Shown one piece after another: positions 26,252 to 36,097 of a DNA stretch of 64,000 nucleotides. The position numbers and the translations under genes are program-made. The notes under the pieces were generated by a model. It searched no databases. It worked only from the letters and a program-made list of their open reading frames with translations, and was not told the origin of the DNA. Each line of letters begins with the position of its first letter. The first letter of the stretch is position 1. Origin of the DNA: Variovorax paradoxus. Its GTDB lineage: Bacteria; Bacteroidota; Bacteroidia; Flavobacteriales; Flavobacteriaceae. The stretch is from contig CALRRY020000012.1 of the NCBI GenBank assembly GCA_943370635.1, forward strand, positions 7,856 to 71,855. The letters run 5' to 3'.

Positions 26252-27940
26252 ATGAAAAAAAATCTACTTCTTCTGTTGGTTGTGTTTTTTTCATCTGTTG
26301 CCAGTAGCCAGTCTCGTAAAAATCAATTTTATCTTGACCAAGAGAGTGAGCAACATGATTTACATGTTTCATTTATTGGAACAGATGAAATACAAACTAT
26401 ATCTGAATTAATAATTCGATTTCCGGAATTAGCTACTCTGATATCAGAATACGAATTAAGTTTTGAAAAATCTATTCGTTTTTCATCTGAGAAATGGCAG
26501 GAATTAGAGCGAAATGCAAATCGATTTCATCAAAATGCTCAATCGGTTCAACGCTTAAAAAATATTTTTAAAGTCATTGTTAGTTCTCCTACTAATGAAA
26601 AGCTGTACCAATTGGCCAGTTTATTTGAAAAATTTGATTTTGTTCATTATGCCAGTTTATTTTCACATAAACCAGTAAAACCTCCTTTTGATATTGCCCC
26701 AACCACACCTAATTTTATGTTAAATCAAACCTACATTGGTCCAAATCCCGGTTTAAATATGCAATATGCATGGGATTTAGGTTTGAAAGGAGCCGGAATT
26801 CGTATTCGAGATGTGGAATATGGATTTAACGAAAACCATGAAGATTTGCATGTTGTCAATGCTTTTGTTGCTGAAGGAATGACAATTTCATCCAACGCAA
26901 CTGTAGACTATACGGAACATGGAACACCGGTTTTCGGAATCATGATGGCTGAGAACGGAGGGTATGGCATAACCGGTCTAGCCCATGAAGCATTAGAAAT
27001 GATTTTGTTCCCTGAATGGCAGCAAATTGGTTACAATCGAATATTGGCTGTAAATGAATCCATTGCAGCTTCGTCTGCTGGTGATGTTATTCTCTATGAG
27101 ATGCAAGCCGATGGTCCTTTAAACGGATTTACTGACTATGTTCCAGCTGAATATAATAATGTGATTTGGGATTTAACTAAAGCGGCATCCGATGCCGGAA
27201 TTATAATAGTGGCAGCAGCCGGAAATGGGAATCAGAATTTAGACGGAGCTACTTATCAAGAGTACATGAACCGTGGCAATAGTGGAGCTATAATTGTTGG
27301 AGCCGGTACTCCGGATTTAAATCATTTTCGATTTAATCAACCCGGTTGGTGGGGAAGTACGTTTGGTTCAAGAGTTGATCTTCAGGGTTGGGCCCGAAAT
27401 GTATATGCGTGTGGTTATGGAGATGTCATTCGAATAGGAAATGATTTTAATCAAGGGTATACTAATTTTTCCGGAACCAGTTCTGCTACTCCTATGGTTG
27501 CAGCTTGTGTGGTGGTGTTACAAAGTTATCATCACTCGTTGACCGGTGAATATTTGACCGGTCCACAAATTAGTACTATTTTAAAGGAAACGGGCATTCC
27601 ACAAGGTAATCCTTCTACCGGTAATGTAGGGCCATTTCCTAACATGCAGTCTGCTGTTCAACGTGTTTTTGATGATTACAGTTTAGCGTTGTCCAGTCAA
27701 AATAAAATGGATTTTTATTTTTACCCTAATCCGGTTGATAATGAAGTTCATATTCAATTGGATTCTCAAAAGCGTTCTGAAGTCACTTTTGAGCTTTATT
27801 CCACTTTAGGGCAATTGGTTCATTCAGGGGAGTTATCGGATACTAGGATGATAAATCTTTCTCATTTAGCAAAAGGATTGTATTATCTTCAATTATCAGA
27901 TGGTGAAGGGAAAGTAGTAAAAAAAATAGTTAAGAAGTAA
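26252..27940 (+). CDS. S8 subtilisin-like serine protease with T9SS CTD
   Basis: Triad IRDVE (Asp), EHGT (His), GTSSATP (Ser); AAGNG; CTD FYPNP..YSTLGQ..KGLYYL..KKIVKK. Confidence 0.92.
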   Translation: MKKNLLLLLVVFFSSVASSQSRKNQFYLDQESEQHDLHVSFIGTDEIQTISELIIRFPELATLISEYELSFEKSIRFSSEKWQELERNANRFHQNAQSVQRLKNIFKVIVSSPTNEKLYQLASLFEKFDFVHYASLFSHKPVKPPFDIAPTTPNFMLNQTYIGPNPGLNMQYAWDLGLKGAGIRIRDVEYGFNENHEDLHVVNAFVAEGMTISSNATVDYTEHGTPVFGIMMAENGGYGITGLAHEALEMILFPEWQQIGYNRILAVNESIAASSAGDVILYEMQADGPLNGFTDYVPAEYNNVIWDLTKAASDAGIIIVAAAGNGNQNLDGATYQEYMNRGNSGAIIVGAGTPDLNHFRFNQPGWWGSTFGSRVDLQGWARNVYACGYGDVIRIGNDFNQGYTNFSGTSSATPMVAACVVVLQSYHHSLTGEYLTGPQISTILKETGIPQGNPSTGNVGPFPNMQSAVQRVFDDYSLALSSQNKMDFYFYPNPVDNEVHIQLDSQKRSEVTFELYSTLGQLVHSGELSDTRMINLSHLAKGLYYLQLSDGEGKVVKKIVKK

Positions 27941-28775
27941 GAAGAAAGCGTTGGATTTTCAAATATAAATCATGGTCATGCATGCTATGGCCTAATCCAT
28001 TTGTTTCTACAAAAACAGCCTTTTTCCAAGCTGAACTAATCTTTACTGCTTCCTCAAAAAGTACTACATCATCAAATTTGTCATGGGAGATAAAACCCTC
28101 TAATTCTATAGAGGAGGCAAATGTTTTTCCGGAAAACTCTGAAAAGTTCATTTTAAATTTTTGAACAAAAAACATTTCTAATAATTGCACCGCTTTTGAG
28201 TTCAATCCAAGAATTTTGGCATAATTATCAATTAGAATTTCCAAATCAGACGGAGCTCCCAATAATACCATTTTTACAATATTTTTTGGTTGATATCGGT
28301 GATGAAAATACAAACAAGTTGCACCACCAATAGAATGCCCGATAATGGTTTTTGGCTGATACTGTTCAACCACTTTGTTGACAAAAGAAGCAAATTTGGG
28401 TACGCTAAATTCTTTACCGCTTGATAAACCATGAGCAGGACCATCTAGGGCAATAATTGCATTACCGTTTTGTTGCAAATAGGGTAGTAAAGTCTCCCAT
28501 CGTGAAGAATTGCTTTCCCAACCATGTATCAACAATATCGGTTCTTTTGTTCCGCTCCAATGATAGACTTCAAAATATTCATTGTTTACAGCTAAAGTTT
28601 CGCGATTAGCTTTTTTCAGAATTTCGGGTAAATCATCCGGATGTAATCTTCCTTCTCTAGGTTCACTGAAAAAGCGATAAGCCAGTTGTGTAGCTTTTTT
28701 GGGCCATACATAACTCAGAAAGGAAATGTAAAGTCCAATGGATTTGGCCATTATTTTTTTTAAAAATTCAGTCAT
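27930..28775 (-). CDS. Alpha/beta hydrolase
   Basis: LIHGWES, DGPAHG, GHSIGG nucleophile elbow, HDKFD, GLGH. Confidence 0.9.
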   Translation of the reverse strand: MTEFLKKIMAKSIGLYISFLSYVWPKKATQLAYRFFSEPREGRLHPDDLPEILKKANRETLAVNNEYFEVYHWSGTKEPILLIHGWESNSSRWETLLPYLQQNGNAIIALDGPAHGLSSGKEFSVPKFASFVNKVVEQYQPKTIIGHSIGGATCLYFHHRYQPKNIVKMVLLGAPSDLEILIDNYAKILGLNSKAVQLLEMFFVQKFKMNFSEFSGKTFASSIELEGFISHDKFDDVVLFEEAVKISSAWKKAVFVETNGLGHSMHDHDLYLKIQRFLLTS

Positions 28776-28797
28776 AAAAAAACCCCGAATCTCGGGG
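28776..28797 (-). terminator. Intrinsic terminator
   Basis: ccccga-atc-tcgggg stem with U-tract on the minus strand. Confidence 0.7.
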
Positions 28798-28804
28798 CTT
28801 TAGA

Positions 28805-29584
28805 TTATATAGTAGCAAATATGCTTTCCATTTTTTGTTTTTCTTCGGCTGCCAATACATTGTCAACTAAAATTCTTCCGCTGTGCTCATCGGTAATTAT
28901 TTTTTTACGGGCTGCAATTTCCACTTGTGTTTGTGGTGGAATGGTGAAAAACGAACCTGTAGAAGCTCCTCTTTCAATAGAAACGATGGCTAAACCATTT
29001 CTAACATTGTTTCTGATTCTGTTATAAGCTGCTAAAAGCCTATCTTCAACATTGGATGCATATTCAGCAGAAAGTTTAGTCAAAAACTCTTCTTCTTTCT
29101 GTGTTTCAGCCATAATATCACCTAATTCCGCTTTTTTGTGATCCAAGTGATTTTGTTTAGTGGCTAATTTTTCTTGTGAATCAGCAACTTGTTGTTTTTT
29201 GTATTCAATAGACGCTTTTAATTCTTTAATGTGCTTTTCATTCAATTGAATTTCTAACTCTTGGTATTCAATTTCTTTTGTTAAGGAATTGAATTCTCTG
29301 TTGTTACGCACATTTTTTTGTTGTTCTGTATATTTTTTGATACCTTCTTTGTGAGCTTCAATTGCATTTTTTTTGGCTCTGATTTGATCATCAATTTGTT
29401 CTAAATCGGCTTTTAGTTTTTCATTTCTAGCTTTTAATCCAGCTACTTCATCTTCTAAATCTTGCACTTCCAGAGGCAATTCTCCTCTAACGTTTCTGAT
29501 TTCATCTATTCGTGAGTCGATTAACTGCAAATCATAGAGAGCTCTCAACTTCTCTTCAACACTCATTTCTTTTACGTTTGTCAT
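28805..29584 (-). CDS. DUF164/C4-type zinc-ribbon family coiled-coil protein with a degenerate ribbon
   Basis: LYDLQLIDSRID, long coiled coil, GASTGSFFTIPPQ...DEHSGRILVD; follows the Nif3 gene. Confidence 0.85.
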   Translation of the reverse strand: MTNVKEMSVEEKLRALYDLQLIDSRIDEIRNVRGELPLEVQDLEDEVAGLKARNEKLKADLEQIDDQIRAKKNAIEAHKEGIKKYTEQQKNVRNNREFNSLTKEIEYQELEIQLNEKHIKELKASIEYKKQQVADSQEKLATKQNHLDHKKAELGDIMAETQKEEEFLTKLSAEYASNVEDRLLAAYNRIRNNVRNGLAIVSIERGASTGSFFTIPPQTQVEIAARKKIITDEHSGRILVDNVLAAEEKQKMESIFATI

Positions 29585-29587
29585 AGT

Positions 29588-30682
29588 CTAAAAGTACTTA
29601 ACTGGGTTTGTATTCTGTTCTGATAAAATGATGGCAAAATTAGGAATTTTTTTGATAAGAAAATCAACAATATAGTTTTTTGTGTAACGTTCGCTTTCAT
29701 AATGTCCAATATCAGCCAAAAGCAACTGATTTTCAGCTTCATAGAATTGGTGATATTTTAAATCGGCGGTTAAAAAAGCATCAGCACCCATAATTTTTGC
29801 TTGTTGTATGGCAAAACTTCCGGCACCACCTAAAACAGCCACTTTTTTGATTGGCTTATTCATAAAAACGGAATGACGAATGTTTTCACACTTCATTTTT
29901 TCTTTTACAAATTGTAAAAAATCACGTTCAGGCATCTCGTTTTCCAATTCACCAATCATGCCTAACCCAATATTTTGGTGTTTATTTTGCAATTCATAAA
30001 TTTCATATGCCACTTCTTCATACACATGATTGGTAAAAAGAGCTTTCAAGATTTTGGCTTCCAAATGCTTTTCAAAGGTCACTTCAATTTTGATTTCTTC
30101 ACTTTCTACAAACTCAAAGCGTTCTCCTATTTCCGGATTACTGTGTTCATTGCCCATATACGTTCCGATTCCTTTAGAATTAAAACTGCAATCTTCATAA
30201 TTGCCAATGTTTCCGGCTCCGGCATCAAATAAGGCATTCCGCAATTGTTGATGGTTTTCGGGAATGGTGAAAGTGACTAATTTTCGAATGAATTTTTCTT
30301 TAGGAACCAATATTTTTGTTTTTTTTAATTCTAATTGGTTGCAAATCATCTTGTTTACTCCTTCCGGATGATTGTCTAAAGCGGTATGGACAGCATATAT
30401 GGCAATATCGTGTTTGATGGCTTTCATCACCACACGTTCAACATAGGTTTTTCCCGTTATCTTTTTCAATCCGGAAAAAAGAATCGGATGGAAGCAGACA
30501 ATCAGGTTGCATTTTTTTTGAATGGCTTCGTCCACAACCGCTTCCAGAGCATCGTGACACACTAAAATGCCGCTGATTTCTTGTTGCGGATTCCCGACCA
30601 AAAGGCCAACATTGTCAAAATCTTCCGCATAAGCCAAAGGAGCTAATGCTTCTAAAATGGGAGTAATGGTGTGAAGTTGCAT
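29588..30682 (-). CDS. Nif3-like dinuclear metal centre protein (YbgI family)
   Basis: DFDNVGLLVG, FHPILF, HTALD, HVYEEVAY, ADLKYH, GHYESE. Confidence 0.95.
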   Translation of the reverse strand: MQLHTITPILEALAPLAYAEDFDNVGLLVGNPQQEISGILVCHDALEAVVDEAIQKKCNLIVCFHPILFSGLKKITGKTYVERVVMKAIKHDIAIYAVHTALDNHPEGVNKMICNQLELKKTKILVPKEKFIRKLVTFTIPENHQQLRNALFDAGAGNIGNYEDCSFNSKGIGTYMGNEHSNPEIGERFEFVESEEIKIEVTFEKHLEAKILKALFTNHVYEEVAYEIYELQNKHQNIGLGMIGELENEMPERDFLQFVKEKMKCENIRHSVFMNKPIKKVAVLGGAGSFAIQQAKIMGADAFLTADLKYHQFYEAENQLLLADIGHYESERYTKNYIVDFLIKKIPNFAIILSEQNTNPVKYF

Positions 30683-30814
30683 AAGATTGAATTGATTTTC
30701 AAAGATAGTATATTTCGTTTTGTAAGTTAACCTGAATAAAAAAAAGTAATATACTAGTATTTGTATTTATAAAACAATTATTTAATTTTAAACAAATATC
30801 CCTACCTTCGTAAC

Positions 30815-31849
30815 ATGATTTTGTTGCGAAAAATACTCTTTCCTATTGCCATTTTATATGGGTTGATTACCGCCATTCGCAATTGGTGTTTTGATAAAGG
30901 AATACTAAAGTCATTTTCATTTTCTATTCCCATTATCGCTGTTGGAAACCTTAGTGTGGGTGGAACCGGAAAAACACCGCAAATTGAATATTTGATTCGA
31001 TTGCTTTCCCCAAATTATAAAATCGCTGTTTTAAGCAGAGGCTATAAACGCAAGTCATCCGGTTTTTTGTTAGCGGAGTATTCCTCAACTGCTGAATCAT
31101 TGGGCGATGAACCCTTTCAACTTCATCAAAAATTTCCAACCATTCAAGTGGCTGTTGATGCCAACCGTAAAAACGGGATTGAACGATTATTGGCTTTACA
31201 AAACAAACCTGATATCATTTTACTTGACGATGCTTTTCAACACCGCAAAGTGAGAGCCGGTTTTTATATTTTGCTCACCGCTTATAATGATTTGTATGCG
31301 GATGATTATATTTTACCAACCGGAAATCTACGTGAAAGAAGAAGCGGAGCAAAACGTGCAAATATCGTTGTTGTCACTAAGTGTCCGCCAACGCTGTCCG
31401 AAGCTGAACAAAATCAAATTCGAGAAAAGTTACATCTTTCAGCACATCAACAACTTTATTTTTCGGCAATTCAGTATGATGAAATTTTGTATTCCGAAAC
31501 CGAAAGTCGTACCGTTGCTTCACTACATAACACTGATAAATTGTTAGTTGCCGGAATCGCCAAACCCAAACCTTTTTTCAACCATTTGCAAGATGGCAAC
31601 GATGAAGAATTGGAATTTCCTGACCACCACGATTTTACAGAAAGTGATATCCAAACCATTCAAAAAAAATCAAAAAATAAACCCATTATTACCACCGAAA
31701 AAGATTTCGTACGGCTAAAAGGAAAAGTAAATCAGGCACAATTATTTTATTTGCCCATTCAAAGTGTTTTTCTTTCTGATGGTGAACATTTTAATCAACA
31801 AATCAACAATTATGTGGAACAAAGTACAGGAGACCGTTCAGTTTCTTAA
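30815..31849 (+). CDS. lpxK: Tetraacyldisaccharide 4'-kinase
   Basis: VGNLSVGGTGKTP, LSRGYKR, GDEP, LDDAFQH, GNLRE, TTEKD. Confidence 0.97.
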   Translation: MILLRKILFPIAILYGLITAIRNWCFDKGILKSFSFSIPIIAVGNLSVGGTGKTPQIEYLIRLLSPNYKIAVLSRGYKRKSSGFLLAEYSSTAESLGDEPFQLHQKFPTIQVAVDANRKNGIERLLALQNKPDIILLDDAFQHRKVRAGFYILLTAYNDLYADDYILPTGNLRERRSGAKRANIVVVTKCPPTLSEAEQNQIREKLHLSAHQQLYFSAIQYDEILYSETESRTVASLHNTDKLLVAGIAKPKPFFNHLQDGNDEELEFPDHHDFTESDIQTIQKKSKNKPIITTEKDFVRLKGKVNQAQLFYLPIQSVFLSDGEHFNQQINNYVEQSTGDRSVS

Positions 31850-32624
31850 AGAAAAAACCAATTATTCTCCCGAATACGGCATCATTTTAGGTTCCGGTTT
31901 GGGTACATTCACACAGGATATCGACATCGAATTTACCATTCCGTATTCCGAAATTCCAAACTTTCCGGTTTCCACTGTGCAAGGTCACAAAGGGGCGTTG
32001 GTTTTTGGAACTATTGGAAACAAAAAAGTGGTGGCCATGCAAGGAAGATTTCATTATTATGAAGGATATGATATGCAAACGGTTACATTTCCGGTAAGGG
32101 TTTTACATTATTTGGGCATACAAAATTTGATTGTTTCCAATGCTTCCGGCGGTGTGAATCCGAATTATAAAGTGGGGGATGTAGTATTAATAAAAGACCA
32201 TATCAATTTGTTTCCTGATCATCCGTTACGTGGTGCAAATGATGAGCGTTTTGGTCCACGCTTCGTAAACATGAGCGAGCCTTATTCCCGCACCTTACAA
32301 CAAAAAGCGAAAGCCATTGCTTTGCAACACAACATTGATTTAAAAGAAGGTATTTATTTAGGTCTTCAAGGCCCAACTTTTGAGACCTTAGCCGAGTATA
32401 AAATGGTTAAAATTTTAGGTGCAGATTGCGTAGGAATGTCCACTGTGCCCGAGGTGATTGTAGCCCGCCACATGAATTTAGATTGTTTAGGAATTTCAGT
32501 TATCACCGACATGGGCGATGAAGATAATATTGATGAGGTCAACCATGATGAGGTTTTGCAAGCCGCCAAAAAGGCCGAACCGGTGGTTAGAAAATTAATT
32601 AAAGCGTTTATTCTTAACGATTAG
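31812..32624 (+). CDS. Purine nucleoside phosphorylase (trimeric type)
   Basis: GIILGSGLG, STVQGHKG, QGRFHYYEG, GPTFETLAE, VGMSTVPE; start taken at MWNKVQ. Confidence 0.95.
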   Translation: MWNKVQETVQFLKEKTNYSPEYGIILGSGLGTFTQDIDIEFTIPYSEIPNFPVSTVQGHKGALVFGTIGNKKVVAMQGRFHYYEGYDMQTVTFPVRVLHYLGIQNLIVSNASGGVNPNYKVGDVVLIKDHINLFPDHPLRGANDERFGPRFVNMSEPYSRTLQQKAKAIALQHNIDLKEGIYLGLQGPTFETLAEYKMVKILGADCVGMSTVPEVIVARHMNLDCLGISVITDMGDEDNIDEVNHDEVLQAAKKAEPVVRKLIKAFILND

Positions 32625-32626
32625 AC

Positions 32627-32790
32627 AGCTATTCGGTTATCCGTTGTATTCGGATTGCTATTGGAATTAGCCTTCAATCTATTTTTCTATAGTTTTTTCG
32701 TGGCTTCATAGGTCGCCCTAAAATAGCAAAGAAAAATTAGCTTTCAGTCTTGCGGGGTTTTCTCCCGAAACTTCAGGACTAAACGTGCTG
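32627..32790. ncRNA. Structured intergenic element resembling the Flavo-1 RNA motif / REP-like family
   Basis: Stems atccg/cggat, tttttct/agaaaaa enclosing ggc-ttcataggtc-gcc, and agtcttg/caggact enclosing cggg/cccg; paired ttcaatct and ttcagtct motifs. The family name is from memory, not a search. Confidence 0.45.
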
Positions 32791-32821
32791 AAAAGTACAT
32801 TCTTGAAAGAGAATTGAATTT

Positions 32822-34993
32822 TTAACTCAACAGTTGAGCTATCGATTGATAAAAATTATCCGGATTGAAGGGTTTTGTCACTACATCATTCATTCCGTAG
32901 GATAATAGCATTTCACGGTTTTCATTCAATGAAATGGCCGTAAGGGCTATTATGGGTAATGTTTTATTGAATTCCCTAATTTTTTGTGTTGCTTCCGTTC
33001 CATTGATGCCCGGTAGATGTACATCCATGAGCACCAAATCAAAATGTTGGTTGCGTATCAATTCAATGGCATCTTCACCATTATCAATGATTTCACATTG
33101 AATGGATTTGTTTTCAACCATTTTTTTGGTAATCATCTGGTTGATTTTATTGTCTTCAACAATCAATATTTTTTTGTTTTCAAAAACACTTTCATCATAT
33201 TGTTTCTTATCTTCTACAAATTGTTGTTCGCCTACAATAAATTTTATATCAAATGAAAAGGTAGAACCAATACCTTCTGAACTGGATAATTCTATTTGAC
33301 CACCTAAAAGTTCAACTAATCTTTTAACGATGGCTAAGCCCAAACCGGTTCCACCGTATTTTCGATTGATTTCTAAAGAGCCTTGTGCGAAACTTTCAAA
33401 GATAGAGGATTGTTTTTCAGGAGAAATTCCAATTCCGGTATCAGCTATGTCAAAATGAATGGTACATTCTTCATCTTTTTTTTCAGTAACGGATGCTTTA
33501 ACAAAGACTTTTCCGTTTTGTGTAAATTTTAAAGCGTTATTGATGAGGTTGATGAAAATCTGAGATAATTTTGTTGGATCGCCAATTAAATTTTCCGGTA
33601 TATTTTCGTCCATTTCCAACACAAAATCATTGTTGTTTTTAGACGCTAAATCTTTGAATGAATTGTGTAGGTCACTTAATAATTGTTTAATGTTTACATT
33701 GATTTTTTCAATTTCAATGTTCTCACTTTCTACTCGGTTAATTTCCAAAATATCATTGATAAACGTCAATAAATAATCACCGGAGAATTTCAGTGAAGTT
33801 AAATACTGCATTTGTGATTTTTTAGGATTTTCTTCTAACAAAAGATGTGTAATTCCGTTGATGGCATTTAATGGCGTTCTTAATTCATGACTTACAGTAG
33901 ATAAAAATTCGGCTCTTGCTTTCGAGGCTTTTTCCGCTTTTTCTTTTGCTTGAATTAACTCTTGATTTTTATCTTGAAGTAATTTATTGCTTTGACTTCT
34001 GATGATATTGTTTTTGTATAACGACAAACTCAATAACGACAAAATTGAAATCAAGGCAATACTCAAAATGCTGATGAGTTTAGAAAATTTATTAGCTCTT
34101 TGTTGCTCTTTGTTTTCTTTGTTCATTTGTTCAACAGCTTTCAACCGTTCGGCTTCTTTGTAGCTTAAAAAATCCTCTGTACCAACTCTTTTGTTATTTA
34201 AATTTTTTAAACTATCACGTAATAAAAGATGTTGTTTAAGGTATTTGTGAGATTGTTTGATATCAATCATTTCTTCGTAAATATCACTTAACGATTTAGA
34301 AATATCAGCCGATAATTGTAAATCTTTATATTTTGAGCTAAGTTCTAATGATTTATTTAAATAATTGATAGCTAGATTATTGTGATTTTTTTTTATTTCA
34401 ATTTGACCAATATAAAAATAAGCTTTTGCTTTTATTTTTAAACGATCTTCCTCATCAGGTTTTGCGATTAATGAGTTGAAAATTTCTAACGCTTTATTTT
34501 CATCGCCTTTTATTTGATTTAAAATTCCTTTTTGGAGGCTAATTAATTCTTTTCCCTCCGGAACATTTATGATGTCATATATTTTTTCAGCTTCGTTCAA
34601 ATGGTATTCAGCTGTTACATAATCCTTTTTTTCTAAATAACACAACCCTAAAGTATAGATAGTATAAGCCTGATTGATAGAAGGTTTATATTTAGCATAA
34701 AGAGGAATACTTTTGCGAAACACGATAATGGCATCATTTATTTTTTTAAGTTCAAAATAAACATTTCCTAAAAACGAAAACGCATTGGCTTGAGCAAAAT
34801 AATCTTGGTTTCTTTCTGCTACTTTAATAGCTTTTTGTATATAGTCCATTGAACTTCCATAATTGTTATTTTTTTTGTGGAAATTAGCTAGTTCAATGTA
34901 ATAGGTTGTACTGTCGATTTCTTCTTTTCCATTTTTCTTTTGAGCAAAAAGAGTAAACGTACAGAAAAATATCGTTAAAAAATAATATTTCAT
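32822..34993 (-). CDS. TPR-containing hybrid sensor histidine kinase/response regulator
   Basis: Periplasmic TPRs; SHELRTPLNAI, NLINNALKFT, DTGIG, YGGTGLGL; receiver LMDVHLP. Confidence 0.95.
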   Translation of the reverse strand: MKYYFLTIFFCTFTLFAQKKNGKEEIDSTTYYIELANFHKKNNNYGSSMDYIQKAIKVAERNQDYFAQANAFSFLGNVYFELKKINDAIIVFRKSIPLYAKYKPSINQAYTIYTLGLCYLEKKDYVTAEYHLNEAEKIYDIINVPEGKELISLQKGILNQIKGDENKALEIFNSLIAKPDEEDRLKIKAKAYFYIGQIEIKKNHNNLAINYLNKSLELSSKYKDLQLSADISKSLSDIYEEMIDIKQSHKYLKQHLLLRDSLKNLNNKRVGTEDFLSYKEAERLKAVEQMNKENKEQQRANKFSKLISILSIALISILSLLSLSLYKNNIIRSQSNKLLQDKNQELIQAKEKAEKASKARAEFLSTVSHELRTPLNAINGITHLLLEENPKKSQMQYLTSLKFSGDYLLTFINDILEINRVESENIEIEKINVNIKQLLSDLHNSFKDLASKNNNDFVLEMDENIPENLIGDPTKLSQIFINLINNALKFTQNGKVFVKASVTEKKDEECTIHFDIADTGIGISPEKQSSIFESFAQGSLEINRKYGGTGLGLAIVKRLVELLGGQIELSSSEGIGSTFSFDIKFIVGEQQFVEDKKQYDESVFENKKILIVEDNKINQMITKKMVENKSIQCEIIDNGEDAIELIRNQHFDLVLMDVHLPGINGTEATQKIREFNKTLPIIALTAISLNENREMLLSYGMNDVVTKPFNPDNFYQSIAQLLS

Positions 34994-35030
34994 ACTAAAA
35001 GGCGTGCTTTTATTTAGCGTATAAAAATAA

Positions 35031-36023
35031 TTATTTATTTGAAATATATGTAATTAAGTCTATAATTCTCGATGAATAACCAATTTCATTGTCATACCAC
35101 CCCACAACCTTGACCATTTTATCAATAGTTGATGTGAGTTGAGCATCAAAAAGGCAGGAATGAGTATTTCCGATGATATCAACCGAAACAATAGGAGCTT
35201 CCGTATAGGCTAAAATATTTTTCAATTCTTTTTTTGAAGCGTTTAAGAATGCTGCATTTATCTCTTCAATCGTAACCACTTTTGAAACATAACAGGTGAT
35301 GTCTGTTAGTGAGCCATTGGCAACCGGAACACGAATACCACTTCCACCAAGTTTTCCTTCCAGTTTTGGGAAAATTTTTGTCAATGCTTTTGCTGCACCG
35401 GTTGTAGTTGGGACGATAGATTGAGCCGCACCACGGGCTCTTCTCAAATCATGATGAGGTTGATCGTGTAAACTTTGGTCGGTAGTGTAGGAGTGAACTG
35501 TAGTGATATATGCTTGTTCAATTCCGCAAAGTTTATCAATAATTTTAATCATTGGAGCGGCATTGTTAGTGGTGCAACTCGCATTAGATATGATTTTTTC
35601 CGTGCCGTTTAAAATGGATTCATTGACACCCAATACAACTGTTTTAATAGAATCATCTTCTGATGGTGCAGATAAAATGACTTTTTTAGCTCCGGCATTC
35701 AGATGAGCCTGAGCCGCTTGATACGTTTTAAACTTTCCGGTAGATTCAATTACAAAATCAATTCTGTTCCAGTTTAGGTTTTCTATATTTTTTTCTGAAA
35801 AGAATGAAATTTTTTTTCCAGCAACAATCAAATGTTTCTCATCAAAGTTAACTTCTTCCTTTAAAATGCCATGAATGCTATCATATTTGAGCAAATGAGC
35901 CATGGTTTTTACATCTGCTAAATCATTGATAGCAACCACTTCAATGGTAGGATGGTTTAACAATAAACGGAAAAGATTTCTTCCGATACGACCGAAACCG
36001 TTGATGGCGATATTTGTTTTCAA
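35031..36023 (-). CDS. gap: Type I glyceraldehyde-3-phosphate dehydrogenase paralogue
   Basis: AINGFGRIGR, ESTG, SNASCTTN, PTTTGAAKA, WYDNE; TTG start. Confidence 0.9.
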   Translation of the reverse strand: MKTNIAINGFGRIGRNLFRLLLNHPTIEVVAINDLADVKTMAHLLKYDSIHGILKEEVNFDEKHLIVAGKKISFFSEKNIENLNWNRIDFVIESTGKFKTYQAAQAHLNAGAKKVILSAPSEDDSIKTVVLGVNESILNGTEKIISNASCTTNNAAPMIKIIDKLCGIEQAYITTVHSYTTDQSLHDQPHHDLRRARGAAQSIVPTTTGAAKALTKIFPKLEGKLGGSGIRVPVANGSLTDITCYVSKVVTIEEINAAFLNASKKELKNILAYTEAPIVSVDIIGNTHSCLFDAQLTSTIDKMVKVVGWYDNEIGYSSRIIDLITYISNK

Positions 36024-36034
36024 GGTTAATTTTA

Positions 36035-36092
36035 GTTTCAGGTTTCAAGTTTCAGGTTTTCGGGACTTAACTTGAAACCTGAAACCTGAAAC
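36035..36092. repeat. Heptamer tandem repeats arranged as an inverted repeat (GTTTCAR x3 / YTGAAAC x3)
   Basis: gtttcag gtttcaa gtttcag gttttcg ... cttgaaac ctgaaac ctgaaac between lipA and gap. Confidence 0.85.
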
Positions 36093-36097
36093 AAATT

